Notes under the pieces: model-generated | What the model was told of the DNA's origin: nothing | The model's input: the letters and a program-made list of their open reading frames with translations, nothing else | Database searches by the model: none | Assembly: GCA_964016885.1 (NCBI GenBank) | Contig: OZ024753.1 | Span: 23,374,001-23,438,000, forward strand | Direction of reading: 5' to 3' | Length of the DNA stretch: 64,000 bases | Origin: Eledone cirrhosa | Taxonomy: Eukaryota | Shown here: positions 16,434 to 31,319 of the stretch, in pieces | How the letters are laid out: every line of letters begins with the position of its first letter | Position numbering within the stretch: position 1 is the first letter of the stretch | Program-made: the position numbers and the translations under genes

Positions 16434-19400
16434 CTCTTTCAATGACAATGTCAAAAGCTACTCTTTCAATGACAGTCAAACCCCACTCTTTCAATGACAG
16501 CCAAAAACCCACTCTTTCAATGACAGCCAAAACACACTCTTTCAATGACAATGTCAAAACCCACTTTTTCAATGACAATGTCAAAACCTACTCTTTCAAT
16601 GACAGTCAAAACCCACTCTTTCAATGACAATGTTAAAACCCACTCTCTCAATGACAATGTCAAAACCTACTCTTTCAATGACAGTCAAAACCCACTCTTT
16701 CAATGATAGTCAAAAGCCATTATTTCAATGAAAATGTCAAAACCGACTCTTTCAATGACAATGTCAAAACCCACTCCTTCAATGACACTGTCAAAACCCA
16801 CTCTTTCAATGACAATGTCAAAACCTTCTCTTTCAATGACAGTCAAAACAAACTCTTTCAATGACAGTCAAACCCCACTCCTTCAATAACAGTCAAAACC
16901 CAATCTTTCAATAACAGTCAAAACCTACTCTTTCAATGACAGCCAAATCCCACTCTTTCAATGACAATATCAAAATCCACTCTTTCAATGACAATGTCAA
17001 AACCAACTCTTTCAATGACAATCAAAAGCCACTCTTTCAATGACAGTCAAAACCTACTCTTTCAATGACAGTCAGAACCCACTCTTTCAATGACAGTCAA
17101 AACCCACTCTTTCAATGACAATGTTAAAACCCACTCTTTCAATGACAATGTCATAACCCACTATTTCAATGACAGTCAAAACCCTCTATTTCAATGACAA
17201 TGTCAAAACCCACTCTTTCAATGACAATGTCAACACCTACACTTTCAATGACAATTTCAAAACCTACCATTTCAATAACAGTATAAACACACTTTTTCAA
17301 TGACAGTCAAAACCCACTCTTTCAATGACACTCAAAACCCACTTTTTCAATGACAGCCAAAACCAACTCTTTCAATGACAATGTCAAAACCCACTCTTTC
17401 AATGACAATGGCAAAGCCTACTCTTTCAATGACAGTCGAAACCACTCTTTCAATGACTGTCAAAACCCACTCGTTCAATCACAATGTCAAAACCCACTCT
17501 TTCAATGACAGTCAAAACTCACTCTTTCAATGACAATGTCAAAACCTACTCTTTCAATGACCGTCAAAATCCACTCTTTCAATGACAACCAAAACCCACT
17601 CTTTCAATGACAGTCAAAACCCACTCTTTCAATGACACCCAAAACCCACTCTTTCAATGACAGCCAAAACGCACTCTTTCAATGACAATGTCAAAACCCA
17701 CTCTTTCAATGACAATGTCAAAACTCACACTTTCAATGACATTCGAAACCCACTCTTTCAATGACAGTTAAAACCCACTCGTTCAATGACAATGTCAAAA
17801 GCCTCTCTTTCAATGACAGTCAAAACCCACTCTTTCAATGACAATGTCAGAAACCACTCTTTCAATGGCAGTCAAAACCCACTCCTTCAATGAAAATGTT
17901 AAAACCCACACTCTCAATGACAATGTCAAAACCTACTCTTTCAATGACAGTCAAAATCCACTATTTCAATGACAGTAAAAACCCACTCTTTCAATGACAG
18001 TCAACACCCACTCTTTCAATGACAATTTCAAACCTACTCTTTCAATGACAATCAAAACCCACTCTTTCAATGACAATGTCAAAGCCTACTCTTTCAATGA
18101 CAGTCAAATCACTCTCGTTCAATAACAGTGTCAAAACCCACTCTTTCAACGACAGTCAAATCCCACTCTTTCAATGACAATTTCAAACCTACTCTTTCAA
18201 TGACAATCAAAACCCACTCTTTCAATGACAATGTCAACACCTACACTTTCAATGACAATTTCAAAACCTACCATTTCAATAACAGTATAAACACACTTTT
18301 TCAATGACAGTCAAAGCCCACTTTTTCAATGACAGTCAAAGCCCACTCTTTCAATGACAGTCAAAACCCACTCTTTCAATGACACTGTCAAAACAAACTC
18401 TTTCAATGACAGTCAAACCCCACTCCTTCAATAACAGTCAAAACCCAATCTTTCAATAACAGTCAAAACCTACTCTTTCAATGACAGCCAAATCCCACTC
18501 TTTCAATGACAATGTCAAAATCCACTCTTTCAATGACAATGTCAAAACCAACTCTTTCAATGACAATCAAAAGCCACTCTTTCAATGACAGTCAAAACCC
18601 ACTCTTTCAATGACAGTCAGAACCCACTCTTTCAATGACAGTCAAAACCCACTCTTTCAATGACAATGTCATAACCCACTATTTCAATGACAGTCAAAAC
18701 CTTCTATTTCAATGACAATGTCAAAAACCACTCTTCAAATGACAGTCAAAACCCACTCTTTCAATGACAATGTCAAAACCCACTCTTTCAATGACAATGT
18801 CAAAACCTACTCTTTCAATGACAGTCAAAACCCACTCTTTCAATGACAGCCAAAACCCACTCTTTCACTGACAATGTCAAAACCCACTTTTTCAATGTCA
18901 ATGTCAAAACCTACTCTTTCAATGACAGTTAAAACCCACTCTTCCAATGACAGTCAAAACCCACTCTTTCAATGACACTCAAAACCCACTCTTTCAATGA
19001 CTGTAAAAACCCACTCGTTCAATGACAATGTCAAAACCCACTCTTTCAATGACAGTCAAAACCCACTCTTTCAATGACAATGTCAAAACCCACTCTTTCA
19101 ATGACAATGTCAAAACCTACTCTTTCAATGACAGTCAAAATCCACTCTTTCAATGACAACCAAAACCCACTCTTTCAATGACAGTCAAAACCCACTCTTT
19201 CAATGACACTCAAAACCCACTCTTTCAATGACAGCCAAAACCAACTCTTTCAATGACAATGTCAAAACCCACTCTTTCAATGACAATGTCAAAACCCGCT
19301 CTTTCAATGACAGTCAAAACCCACTCTTTCAATGACAATGTCAAAAACCACTCTTTCAATGGCAGTCAAAACCCACTCTTTCAATGAAAATGTTAAGACC

Positions 19401-21989
19401 CACTCTCTCAATGACAATGTCAAAACCTACTCTTTCAATGACAGTCAAAATCCACTATTTCAATGACAGTAAAAACCCACTCTTTCAATGACAATGTCAA
19501 ATCCCACTCTTTCAATGACAATCAAAACCCACTCGTTCAATAACAGTGTCAAATCCCACTCTTTCAATGACAATTTCAAACCTACTCTTTCAATGACAAT
19601 CACAACCCACTCTTTCAATGACGATGTCGAAACCCACTCTTTCAATGACAGTCAAAACCCATTCTTTCAATGACACTGTCAAAACCCACTCTTTCAATGA
19701 CAGCCAAAACCCACTCTTTCAATGACCGTCAAAACCTACTCTTTCAATGACAGCCAAAACCCACTCTTTCAATGACAAGCCAATCCCACTCTTTCAATGA
19801 CGATATCAAAGCCTACTCTTTCAATGACAGTCAAATCCCTCTCGTTCAATGACAGTGTCAAAACCCACTCTTTCAACGACAGTCAAATCCCACTCTTTCA
19901 ATGACAATTTCAAACCTACTCTTTCAATGACAATCAAAACCCTCTCTTTCAATGACAATGTCAACACCTACACTTTCAATGACAATTTCAAAACCTACCA
20001 TTTCAATAACAGTATAAACACACTTTTTCAATGACAGTCAAAACCCACTTTTTCAATGACAGTCAAAACCCACTCTTTCAATGACAGTCAAAACCCACAA
20101 TTTCAATGTTAGCCAAAACCCACTCTTTCAATGTCAGCCAAAACCCACTCTTTCAATGAAAATGTCAAAAGCTACTCTTTCAATGACAGTCAAACCCCAC
20201 TCTTTCAATGACAGTCAAAAACCCACTCTTTCAATGACAGCCAAAACCCACTCTTTCAATGACAATGTCAAAACCCACTTTTTCAATGACAATGTCAAAA
20301 CCTACACTTTCAATGACAGTCAAAACCCACTCTTTCAATGACAATGTTAAAACCCAATCTCTCAATGACAATGTCAAAACCTACTCTTTCAATGACAGTC
20401 AAAACCCACTCTTTCAATGATAGTCAAAAGCCATTATTTCAATGAAAATGTCAAAACCGACTCTTTCAATGACAGCCAAATCCCACTCTTTCAATGACAA
20501 TATCAAAATCCACTCTTTCAATGACAATGTCAAAACCAACTCTTTCAATGACAATCAAAAGCCACTCTTTCAATGACAGTCAAAACCTACTCTTTCAATG
20601 ACAGTCAGAACCCACTCTTTCAATGAAAATGTCAAAACCCACTCTTTCAATGACAGTCAAAACCCACTCTTTCAATGACAATGTCAAAACCCAATCTTTC
20701 AATGACAATGTCAAAACCTACTCTTTCAATGACAGTCAAAACCCACTCTTTCAATGACAGCCAAAACCCACTCTTTCACTGACAATGTCAAAACCCACTT
20801 TTTCAATGTCAATGTCAAAACCTACTCTTTCAATGACAGTCAAAACCCACTCTTCCAATGACACTCAAAACCCACTCTTTCAATGACAGTCAAAACCCAC
20901 TCTTTCAATGACACTCAAAACTCACTCTTTCAATGACAGCCAACACCAACTCTTTCAATGACGATGTCAAAACCCACTCTTTCAATGACAATGGCAAAGC
21001 CTACTCTTTCAATGACAGTCGAACCCACTCTTTCAATGACAATGTCAAAACCCACTATTTCAATGACAATGTCAAAACCCACTCTTTCAATGACAATGTC
21101 AAAACTCACACTTTCAATAACATTCGAAACCCACTCTTTCAATGACAGTTAAAACCCACTCGTTCAATGACAATGTCAAAAGCCACTCTTTCAATGACAG
21201 TCAAAACCCACTCTTTCAATGACAATGTCAGAAACCACTCTTTCAATGGCAGTCAAAACCCACTCTTTCAATGAAAATGTTAAAACCCACACTCTCAATG
21301 ACAATGTCAAAACCTACTCTTTCAATGACAGTCAAAATCCACTATTTCAATGACAGTAAAAACCCACTCTTTCAATGACAGTCAACACCCACTCTTTCAA
21401 TGACAATCAAAACCCACTCGTTCAATAACATTGTCAAAACCCACTCTTTCAACGACAGTCAAATCCCACTCTTTCAATGACAATTTCAAACCTACTCTTT
21501 CAATGACAATCAAAACCCACTCTTTCAATGACAATGTCAAAGCCTACTCTTTCAATGACAGTCAAATCACTCTCGTTCAATAACAGTGTCAAAACCCACT
21601 CTTTCAACGACAGTCAAATCCCACTCTTTCAATGACAATTTCAAACCTACTCTTTCAATGACAATCAAAACCCACTCTTTCAATGACAATGTCAACACCT
21701 ACACTTTCAATGACAATTTCAAAACCTACCATTTCAATAACAGTATAAACACACTTTTTCAATGACAGTCAAAGCCCACTTTTTCAATGACAGTCAAAGC
21801 CCACGCTTTCAATGACAGTCAAAACCCACTATTTCAATGACAATGTCAAAACTCACTCATTCAATGACAGTCAAAACCCACTATTTCAATGACAATGTCA
21901 AAACTCACTCTTTCAATGACAGTCAAAACCTACTGTTTCAATGTCAGCCAAAACCCACTCTTTCAATGACAATGTCAAAACCCACTCTT

Positions 21990-24900
21990 TCAATAACAAT
22001 GTCAAGACCTACTCTTTCAATGACAGTCAAAACCCACTCTTTAAATGACAGTCAAACCCCACTCTTTCAATGACAGTCGAAAACCCACTCTTTCAATTTC
22101 ACCCAAAACCCACTCTTTCAATGACAATGTCAAAACCCACTTTTTCAATGAATATGTCAAAACAGACTCTTTCAATGACAATGTCAAAACCCACTCTTTC
22201 AATGACGTTGTCAAAACCCACTCTTTCAATGACACTGTCAAAACATTCTCTTTCAATGACAGTCAAAACAAACTCTTTCAATGACAGTCAAACCCCACTC
22301 CTTCAATAACAGTCAAAACCCAATCTTTCAATAACAGTCAAAACCTACTCTTTCAATGACAGCCAAATCCCACTCTTTCAATGACAATGTCAAAATCCAC
22401 TCTTTCAATGACAATGTCAAAACCAACTCTTTCAATGACAATCAAAAGCCACTCTTTCAATGACAGTCAAAACCCACTCTTTCAATGACAGTCAGAACCC
22501 ACTCTTTCAATGACAGTCAAAACCCACTCTTTCAATGACAATGTCATAACCCACTATTTCAATGACAGTCAAAACCTTCTATTTCAATGACAATGTCAAA
22601 AACCACTCTTCAAATGACAGTCAAAACCCACTCTTTCAATGACAATGTCAAAACCCACTCTTTCAATGACAATGTCAAAACCTACTCTTTCAATGACAGT
22701 CAAAACCCACTCTTTCAATGACAGCCAAAACCCACTCTTTCACTGACAATGTCAAAACCCACTTTTTGAATGTCAATGTCAAAACCTACTCTTTCAATGA
22801 CAGTTAAAACCCACTCTTCCAATGACAGTCAAAACCCACTCTTTCAATGACACTCAAAACCCACACTTTCAATGACAGCCAAAACCAACTCATTCAACGA
22901 CAATGTCAAAACCCACTCTTTCGATGACAATGGCAAAGCCTACTCTTTCAATGACAGTCAAAACCACTCTTTCAATGACTGTAAAAACCCACTCGTTCAA
23001 TGACAATGTCAAAACCCACTCTTTCAATGACAGTCAAAACCCACTCTTTCAATGACAATGTCAAAACCCACTCTTTCAATGACAATGTCAAAACCTACTC
23101 TTTCAATGACAGTCAAAATCCACTCTTTCAATGACAACCAAAACCCACTCTTTCAATGACAGTCAAAACCCACTCTTTCAATGACACTCAAAACCCACTC
23201 TTTCAATGACAGCCAAAACCAACTCTTTCAATGACAATATCAAAACCCACTCTTTCAATGACAATGTCAAAACCCACTCTTTCAATGACAGTCAAAACCC
23301 ACTCTTTCAATGACAATGTCAAAAACCACTCTTTCAATGGCAGTCAAAACCCACTCTTTCAATGAAAATGTTAAAACCCACTCTCTTAATGACAATGTCA
23401 AAACCTACTCTTTCAATGACAGTCAAAATCCACTATTTCAATGACAGTAAAAACCCACTCTTTCAATGACAATGTCAAATCCCACTCTTTCAATGACAAT
23501 CAAAACCCACTCGTTCAATAACAGTGTCAAATCCCACTCTTTCAATGACAATTTCAAACCTACTCTTTCAATGACAATCAAAACCCACTCTTTCAATGAC
23601 GATGTCGAAACCCACTCTTTCAATGACAGTCAAAACCCATTCTTTCAATGACACTGTCAAAACCCACTCTTTCAATGACCGTCAAAACCTACTCTTTCAA
23701 TGACAGCCAAAACCCACTCTTTCAATGACAAGCCAATCCCACTCTTTCAATGACGATATCAAAGCCTACTCTTTCAATGACAGTCAAATCCCTCTCGTTC
23801 AATGACAGTGTCAAAACCAACTCTTTCAACGACAGTCAAATCCCACTCTTTCAATGACAATTTCAAACCTACTCTTTCAATGACAATCAAAACCCTCTCT
23901 TTCAATGAGAATGTCAACAACTACACTTTCAATGACAATTTCAAAACCTACCATTTCAATAACAGTATAAACACACATTTTCAATGACAGTCAAAACCCA
24001 CTTTTTCAATGACAGTCAAAACCCACTCTTTCAATGACAGTCAAAACCCACAATTTCAATGTTAGCCAAAACCCACTCTTTCAATGTCAGCCAAAACCCA
24101 CTCTTTCAATAACAATGTCAAGACCTACTCTTTCAATGACAGTCAAAACCCACTCTTTAAATGACAGTCAAACCCCACTCTTTCAATGACAGTCGAAAAC
24201 CCACTCTTTCAATGACACCCAAAACCCACTCTTTCAATGACAATGTCAAAACCCACTTTTTCAATGAAAATGTCAAAACAGACTCTTTCAATGACAATGT
24301 CAAAACCCACTCTTTCAATGACGTTGTCAAAACCCACTCTTTCAATGACACTGTCAAAACATTCTCTTTCAATGACAGTCAAAACAAACTCTTTCAATGA
24401 CAGTCAAACCCCACTCCTTCAATAACAGTCAAAACCCAATCTTTCAATAACAGTCAAAACCTACTCTTTCAATGACAGCCAAATCCCACTCTTTCAATGA
24501 CAATGTCAAAATCCACTCTTTCAATGACAATGTCAAAACCAACTCTTTCAATGACAATCAAAAGCCACTCTTTCAATGACAGTCAAAACCCACTCTTTCA
24601 ATGACAGTCAGAACCCACTCTTTCAATGACAGTCAAAACCCACTCTTTCAATGACAATGTCATAACCCACTATTTCAATGACAGTCAAAACCTTCTATTT
24701 CAATGACAATGTCAAAAACCACTCTTCAAATGACAGTCAAAACCCACTCTTTCAATGACAATGTCAAAACCCACTCTTTCAATGACAATGTCAAAACCTA
24801 CTCTTTCAATGACAGTCAAAACCCACTCTTTCAATGACAGCCAAAACCCACTCTTTCACTGACAATGTCAAAACCCACTTTTTCAATGTCAATGTCAAAA

Positions 24901-27900
24901 CCTACTCTTTCAATGACAGTTAAAACCCACTCTTCCAATGACAGTCAAAACCCACTCTTTCAATGACACTCAAAACCCACTCTTTCAATGACAGCCAAAA
25001 CCAACTCATTCAACGACAATGTCAAAACCCACTCTTTCGATGACAATGGCAAAGCCTACTCTTTCAATGACAGTCAAAACCACTCTTTCAATGACTGTAA
25101 AAACCCACTCGTTCAATGACAATGTCAAAACCCACTCTTTCAATGACAGTCAAAACCCACTCTTTCAATGACAATGTCAAAACCCACTCTTTCAATGACA
25201 ATGTCAAAACCTACTCTTTCAATGACAGTCAAAATCCACTCTTTCAATGACAACCAAAACCCACTCTTTCAATGACAGTCAAAACCCACTCTTTCAATGA
25301 CACTCAAAACCCACTCTTTCAATGACAGCCAAAACCAACTCTTTCAATGACAATGTCAAAACCCACTCTTTCAATGACAATGTCAAAACCCACTCTTTCA
25401 ATGACAGTCAAAACCCACTCTTTCAATGACAATGTCAAAAACCACTCTTTCAATGGCAGTCAAAACCCACTCTTTCAATGAAAATGTTAAAACCCACTCT
25501 CTCAATGACAATGTCAAAACCTACTCTTTCAATGACAGTCAAAATCCACTATTTCAATGACAGTAAAAACCCACTCTTTCAATGACAATGTCAAATCCCA
25601 CTCTTTCAATGACAATCAACACCCACTCGTTCAATAACAGTGTCAAATCCCACTCTTTCAATGACAATTTCAAACCTACTCTTTCAATGACAATCAAAAC
25701 CCACTCTTTCAATGACGATGTCGAAACCCACTCTTTCAATGACAGTCAAAACCCATTCTTTCAATGACACTGTCAAAACCCACTCTTTCAATGACCGTCA
25801 AAACCTACTCTTTCAATGACAGCCAAAACCCACTCTTTCAATGACAAGCCAATCCCACTCTTTCAATGACGATATCAAAGCCTACTCTTTCAATGACAGT
25901 CAAATCCCTCTCGTTCAATGACAGTGTCAAAACCCACTCTTTCAACGACAGTCAAATCCCACTCTTTCAATGACAATTTCAAACCTACTCTTTCAATGAC
26001 AATCAAAACCCTCTCTTTCAATGAGAATGTCAACAACTACACTTTCAATGACAATTTCAAAACCTACCATTTCAATAACAGTATAAACACACATTTTCAA
26101 TGACAGTCAAAACCCACTTTTTCAATGACAGTCAAAACCCACTCTTTCAATGACAGTCAAAACCCACAATTTCAATGTTAGCCAAAACCCACTCTTTCAA
26201 TGTCAGCCAAAACCCACTCTTTCAATGACAATGTCAAAAGCTACTCTTTCAATGACAGTCAAACCCCACTCTTTCAATGACAGTCAAAAACCCACTCTTT
26301 CAATGACAGCCAAAACCCACTCTTTCAATGACAATGTCAAAACCCACTTTTTCAATGACAATGTCAAAACCCACTTTTTCAATGAAAATGTCAAAACAGA
26401 CTCTTTCAATGACAATGTCAAAACCCACTCTTTCAATGACGTTGTCAAAACCCACTCTTTCAATGACACTGTCAAAACATTCTCTTTCAATGACAGTCAA
26501 AACAAACTCTTTCAATGACAGTCAAACCCCACTCCTTCAATAACAGTCAAAACCCAATCTTTCAATAACAGTCAAAACCTACTCTTTCAATGACAGCCAA
26601 ATCCCACTCTTTCAATGACAATGTCAAAATCCACTCTTTCAATGACAATGTCAAAACCAACTCTTTCAATGACAATCAAAAGCCACTCTTTCAATGACAG
26701 TCAAAACCCACTCTTTCAATGACAGTCAGAACCCACTCTTTCAATGACAGTCAAAACCCACTCTTTCAATGACAATGTCATAACCCACTATTTCAATGAC
26801 AGTCAAAACCTTCTATTTCAATGACAATGTCAAAAACCACTCTTCAAATGACAGTCAAAACCCACTCTTTCAATGACAATGTCAAAACCCACTCTTTCAA
26901 TGACAATGTCAAAACCTACTCTTTCAATGACAGTCAAAACCCACTCTTTCAATGACAGCCAAAACCCACTCTTTCACTGACAATGTCAAAACCCACTTTT
27001 TCAATGTCAATGTCAAAACCTACTCTTTCAATGACAGTTAAAACCCACTCTTCCAATGACAGTCAAAACCCACTCTTTCAATGACACTCAAAACCCACTC
27101 TTTCAATGACAGCCAAAACCAACTCATTCAACGACAATGTCAAAACCCACTCTTTCGATGACAATGGCAAAGCCTACTCTTTCAATGACAGTCAAAACCA
27201 CTCTTTCAATGACTGTAAAAACCCACTCGTTCAATGACAATGTCAACACCCACTCTTTCAATGACAGTCAAAACCCACTCTTTCAATGACAATGTCAAAA
27301 CCCACTCTTTCAATGACAATGTCAAAACCTACTCTTTCAATGACAGTCAAAATCCACTCTTTCAATGACAACCAAAACCCACTCTTTCAATGACAGTCAA
27401 AACCCACTCTTTCAATGACACTCAAAACCCACTCTTTCAATGACAGCCAAAACCAACTCTTTCAATGACAATGTCAAAACCCACTCTTTCAATGACAATG
27501 TCAAAACCCACGCTTTCAATGACAGTCAAAACCCACTCTTTCAATGACAATGTCAAAAACCACTCTTTCAATGGCAGTCAAAACCCACTCTTTCAATGAA
27601 AATGTTAAAACCCACTCTCTCAATGACAATGTCAAAACCTACTCTTTCAATGACAGTCAAAATCCACTATTTCAATGACAGTAAAAACCCACTCTTTCAA
27701 TGACAATGTCAAATCCCACTCTTTCAATGACAATCAAAACCCACTCGTTCAATAACAGTGTCAAATCCCACTCTTTCAATGACAATTTCAAACCTACTCT
27801 TTCAATGACAATCAAAACCCACTCTTTCAATGACGATGTCGAAACCCACTCTTTCAATGACAGTCAAAACCCATTCTTTCAATGACACTGTCAAAACCCA

Positions 27901-28450
27901 CTCTTTCAATGACCGTCAAAACCTACTCTTTCAATGACAGCCAAAACCCACTCTTTCAATGACAAGCCAATCCCACTCTTTCAATGACGATATCAAAGCC
28001 TACTCTTTCAATGACAGTCAAATCCCTCTCGTTCAATGACAGTGTCAAAACCCACTCTTTCAACGACAGTCAAATCCCACTCTTTCAATGACAATTTCAA
28101 ACCTACTCTTTCAATGACAATCAAAACCCTCTCTTTCAATGAGAATGTCAACAACTACACTTTCAATGACAATTTCAAAACCTACCATTTCAATAACAGT
28201 ATAAACACACATTTTCAATGACAGTCAAAACCCACTTTTTCAATGACAGTCAAAACCCACTCTTTCAATGACAGTCAAAACCCACAATTTCAATGTTAGC
28301 CAAAACCCACTCTTTCAATGTCAGCCAAAACCCACTCTTTCAATGACAATGTCAAAAGCTACTCTTTCAATGACAGTCAAACCCCACTCTTTCAATGACA
28401 GTCAAAAACCCACTCTTTCAATGACAGCCAAAACCCACTCTTTCAATGAC
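21990..28450 (+). repeat. Approximately three-copy local higher-order repeat, period 2116-2118 bp
   Basis: Markers at 23438/25554/27672, 23802/25918/28036 and 22045/24161. The private variant GAGAATGTCAACAACTAC is present in all three copies. Boundaries are approximate. Confidence 0.85.
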
Positions 28451-31319
28451 AATGTCAAAACCCACTTTTTCAATGACAATGTCAAAACCTACACTTTCAA
28501 TGACAGTCAAAACCCACTCTTTCAATGACAATGTTAAAACCCACTCTCTCAATGACAATGTCAAAACCTACTCTTTCAATGACAGTCAAAACCCACTCTT
28601 TCAATGATAGTCAAAAGCCATTATTTCAATGAAAATGTCAAAACCGACTCTTTCAATGACAATGTCAAAACCCACTCCCTCAATGACACTGTCAAAACCC
28701 ACTCTTTCAATGACAATGTCAAAACCTTCTCTTTCAATGACAGTCAAAACAAACTCTTTCAATGACAGTCAAACCCCACTCCTTCAATAACAGTCAAAAC
28801 CCAATCTTTCAATAACAGTCAAAACCTACTCTTTCAATGACAGCCATATCCCACTCTTTCAATGACAATATCAAAATCCACTCTTTCAATGACAATGTCA
28901 AAACCAACTCTTTCAATGACAATCAAAAGCCACTCTTTCAATGACAGTCAAAACCTACTCTTTCAATGACAGTCAGAACCCACTCTTTCAATGAAAATGT
29001 CAAAACCCACTCTTTCAATGACAGTCAAAACCCACTCTTTCAATGACAATGTCAAAACCCAATCTTTCAATGACAATGTCAAAACCTACTCTTTCAATGA
29101 CAGTCAAAACCCACTCTTTCAATGACAGCCAAAACCCACTCTTTCACTGACAATGTCAAAACCCACTTTTTCAATGTCAATGTCAAAACCTACTCTTTCA
29201 ATGACAGTCAAAACCCACTCTTCCAATGACAGTCAAAACCCACTCTTTCAATGACAGTCAAAACCCACTCTTTCAATGACACTCAAAACTCACTCTTTCA
29301 ATGACAGCCAACACCAACTCTTTCAATGACGATGTCAAAACCCACTCTTTCAATGACAATGGCAAAGCCTACTCTTTCAATATCAGTCGAACCCACTCTT
29401 TCAATGACAATGTCAAAACCCACTATTTCAATGACAATGTCAAAACCCACTCTTTCAATGACAATGTCAAAACCTACTCTTTCAATGACAGTCAAAATCC
29501 ACTCTTTCAATGACAACCAAAACCCACTCTTTCAATGACAGTGAAAACCCACTATTTCAATGACACTCAAAACCCACTCTTTCAATGACAATGTCAAAAC
29601 CCACTCTTTCAATGACAATGTCAAAACTCACACTTTCAATGACAGTCGAAACACACTCTTTCAATGACAGTTAAAACCCACTCGTTCAATGACAAAGTCA
29701 AAACCCACTCTTTCAATGACAGTCAAAACCCACTCTTTCAATGACAGTCAAAACCCACTCTTTCAATGTCAGCCAAAACCCACTCTTTCAATGACAATGT
29801 CAAAACCCACTCTTTCAATGACAATGTCAAAACCTACTCTTTCAATGACAGTCAAAACCCACTCTTTAAATGAGAGTCAAACACCACTCTTTCAATGACA
29901 GTCAAAAACCGACTCTTTCAATGACAGCCAAAACCCACTCTTTCAATGACAATGTCAAAACCCACTTTCTCAATGACAATGTCAAAACCTACTCTTTCAA
30001 TGACAGTTAAAAGCCACTCTTTCAATGACAATGTTAAAACCCACTCTCTCAATGACAATGTCAAAACCTACACTTTCAATGACAGTCAAAATCCACTCTT
30101 TAAATGAGAGTCAAAACCTACTCTTTCAATGACAGCCAAATCCCACTCTTTCAATGACAGTCATAACCCACTCTTTCAATGACAATGTTAAAACCCACTC
30201 TTTCAATGACAATGTCAAATCCTACTGTTTCAATGACAATGTCAAAACCCACTCTTTCAATGACAATGTCAAAACCCACTATTTCAATGACAGTCAAAAC
30301 CCTCTTTTTCAATGACAATGTCAAAACCCACTCTTTCAATGACAATGTCAAAACCCCTCTTTCAATGACAATGTCAAAACCCACTCTTTCAATGACAATG
30401 TCAAAACCTACTCTTTCAATGACAGTCAAAACCCACAGTTTCAATGACAGCCAAAACACACTCTTTCACTGACAATGTCAAAACCCACTTTTTCAATGTC
30501 AATGTCAAAACCTACTCTTTCAATGACAGTCAAAACCCACTCTTCCAATGACAGTCAAAACCCACTCTTTCAATGACAGTCAAAACCCACTCTTTCAATG
30601 ACACTCAAAACCCACTCTTTCAATGACAGCCAGAACCAACTCTTTCAATGACGATGTCAAAACCCACTCTTTCAATGACAATGGCAAAGCCTACTCTTTC
30701 AATGACAGTCGAAACCACTCTTTCAATGACAGTCAAAACCCACTCTTTCAATGACAATGTCAAAACCCACTCTTTCAATGACAATGTCAAAACCCACTCT
30801 TTCAATGACAATGTCAAAAGCTACTCTTTCAATGACAGTCAAAACTCACTCTTTCAATGACACTGAAAACCCACTCTTTCAATGACAGTCGAAACCCACT
30901 CTTTCAATGACAGTTAAAACCCACTCGTTCAATGACAATGTCAAAAGCCACTCTTTCAATGACAGTCAAAACACACTCTTTCAATGACAATGTCAAAAAC
31001 CACTCTTTCAATGGCAGTCAAAACCCACTCATTCAATGAAAATGTTAAAACCCACTCTCTCAATGACAATGTCAAAACCTACTCTTTCAATGTCAGTCAA
31101 AATCCACTATTTCAATGACAGTAAAACCCACTCTTTCAATGACAGTCAACACCCACTCTTTCAATGACAGTCAAATCCTACTCTTTCAATGACAGTCAAA
31201 ACCCACTCTTTCAATGACAGTCAAAAGCCACTATTTCAATGAAAATGTCAAAACCGACTCTTTCAATGACAATGTCAAAACCCACTCTTTCAATGACAAT
31301 GTCAAAACCCACTCTTTCA

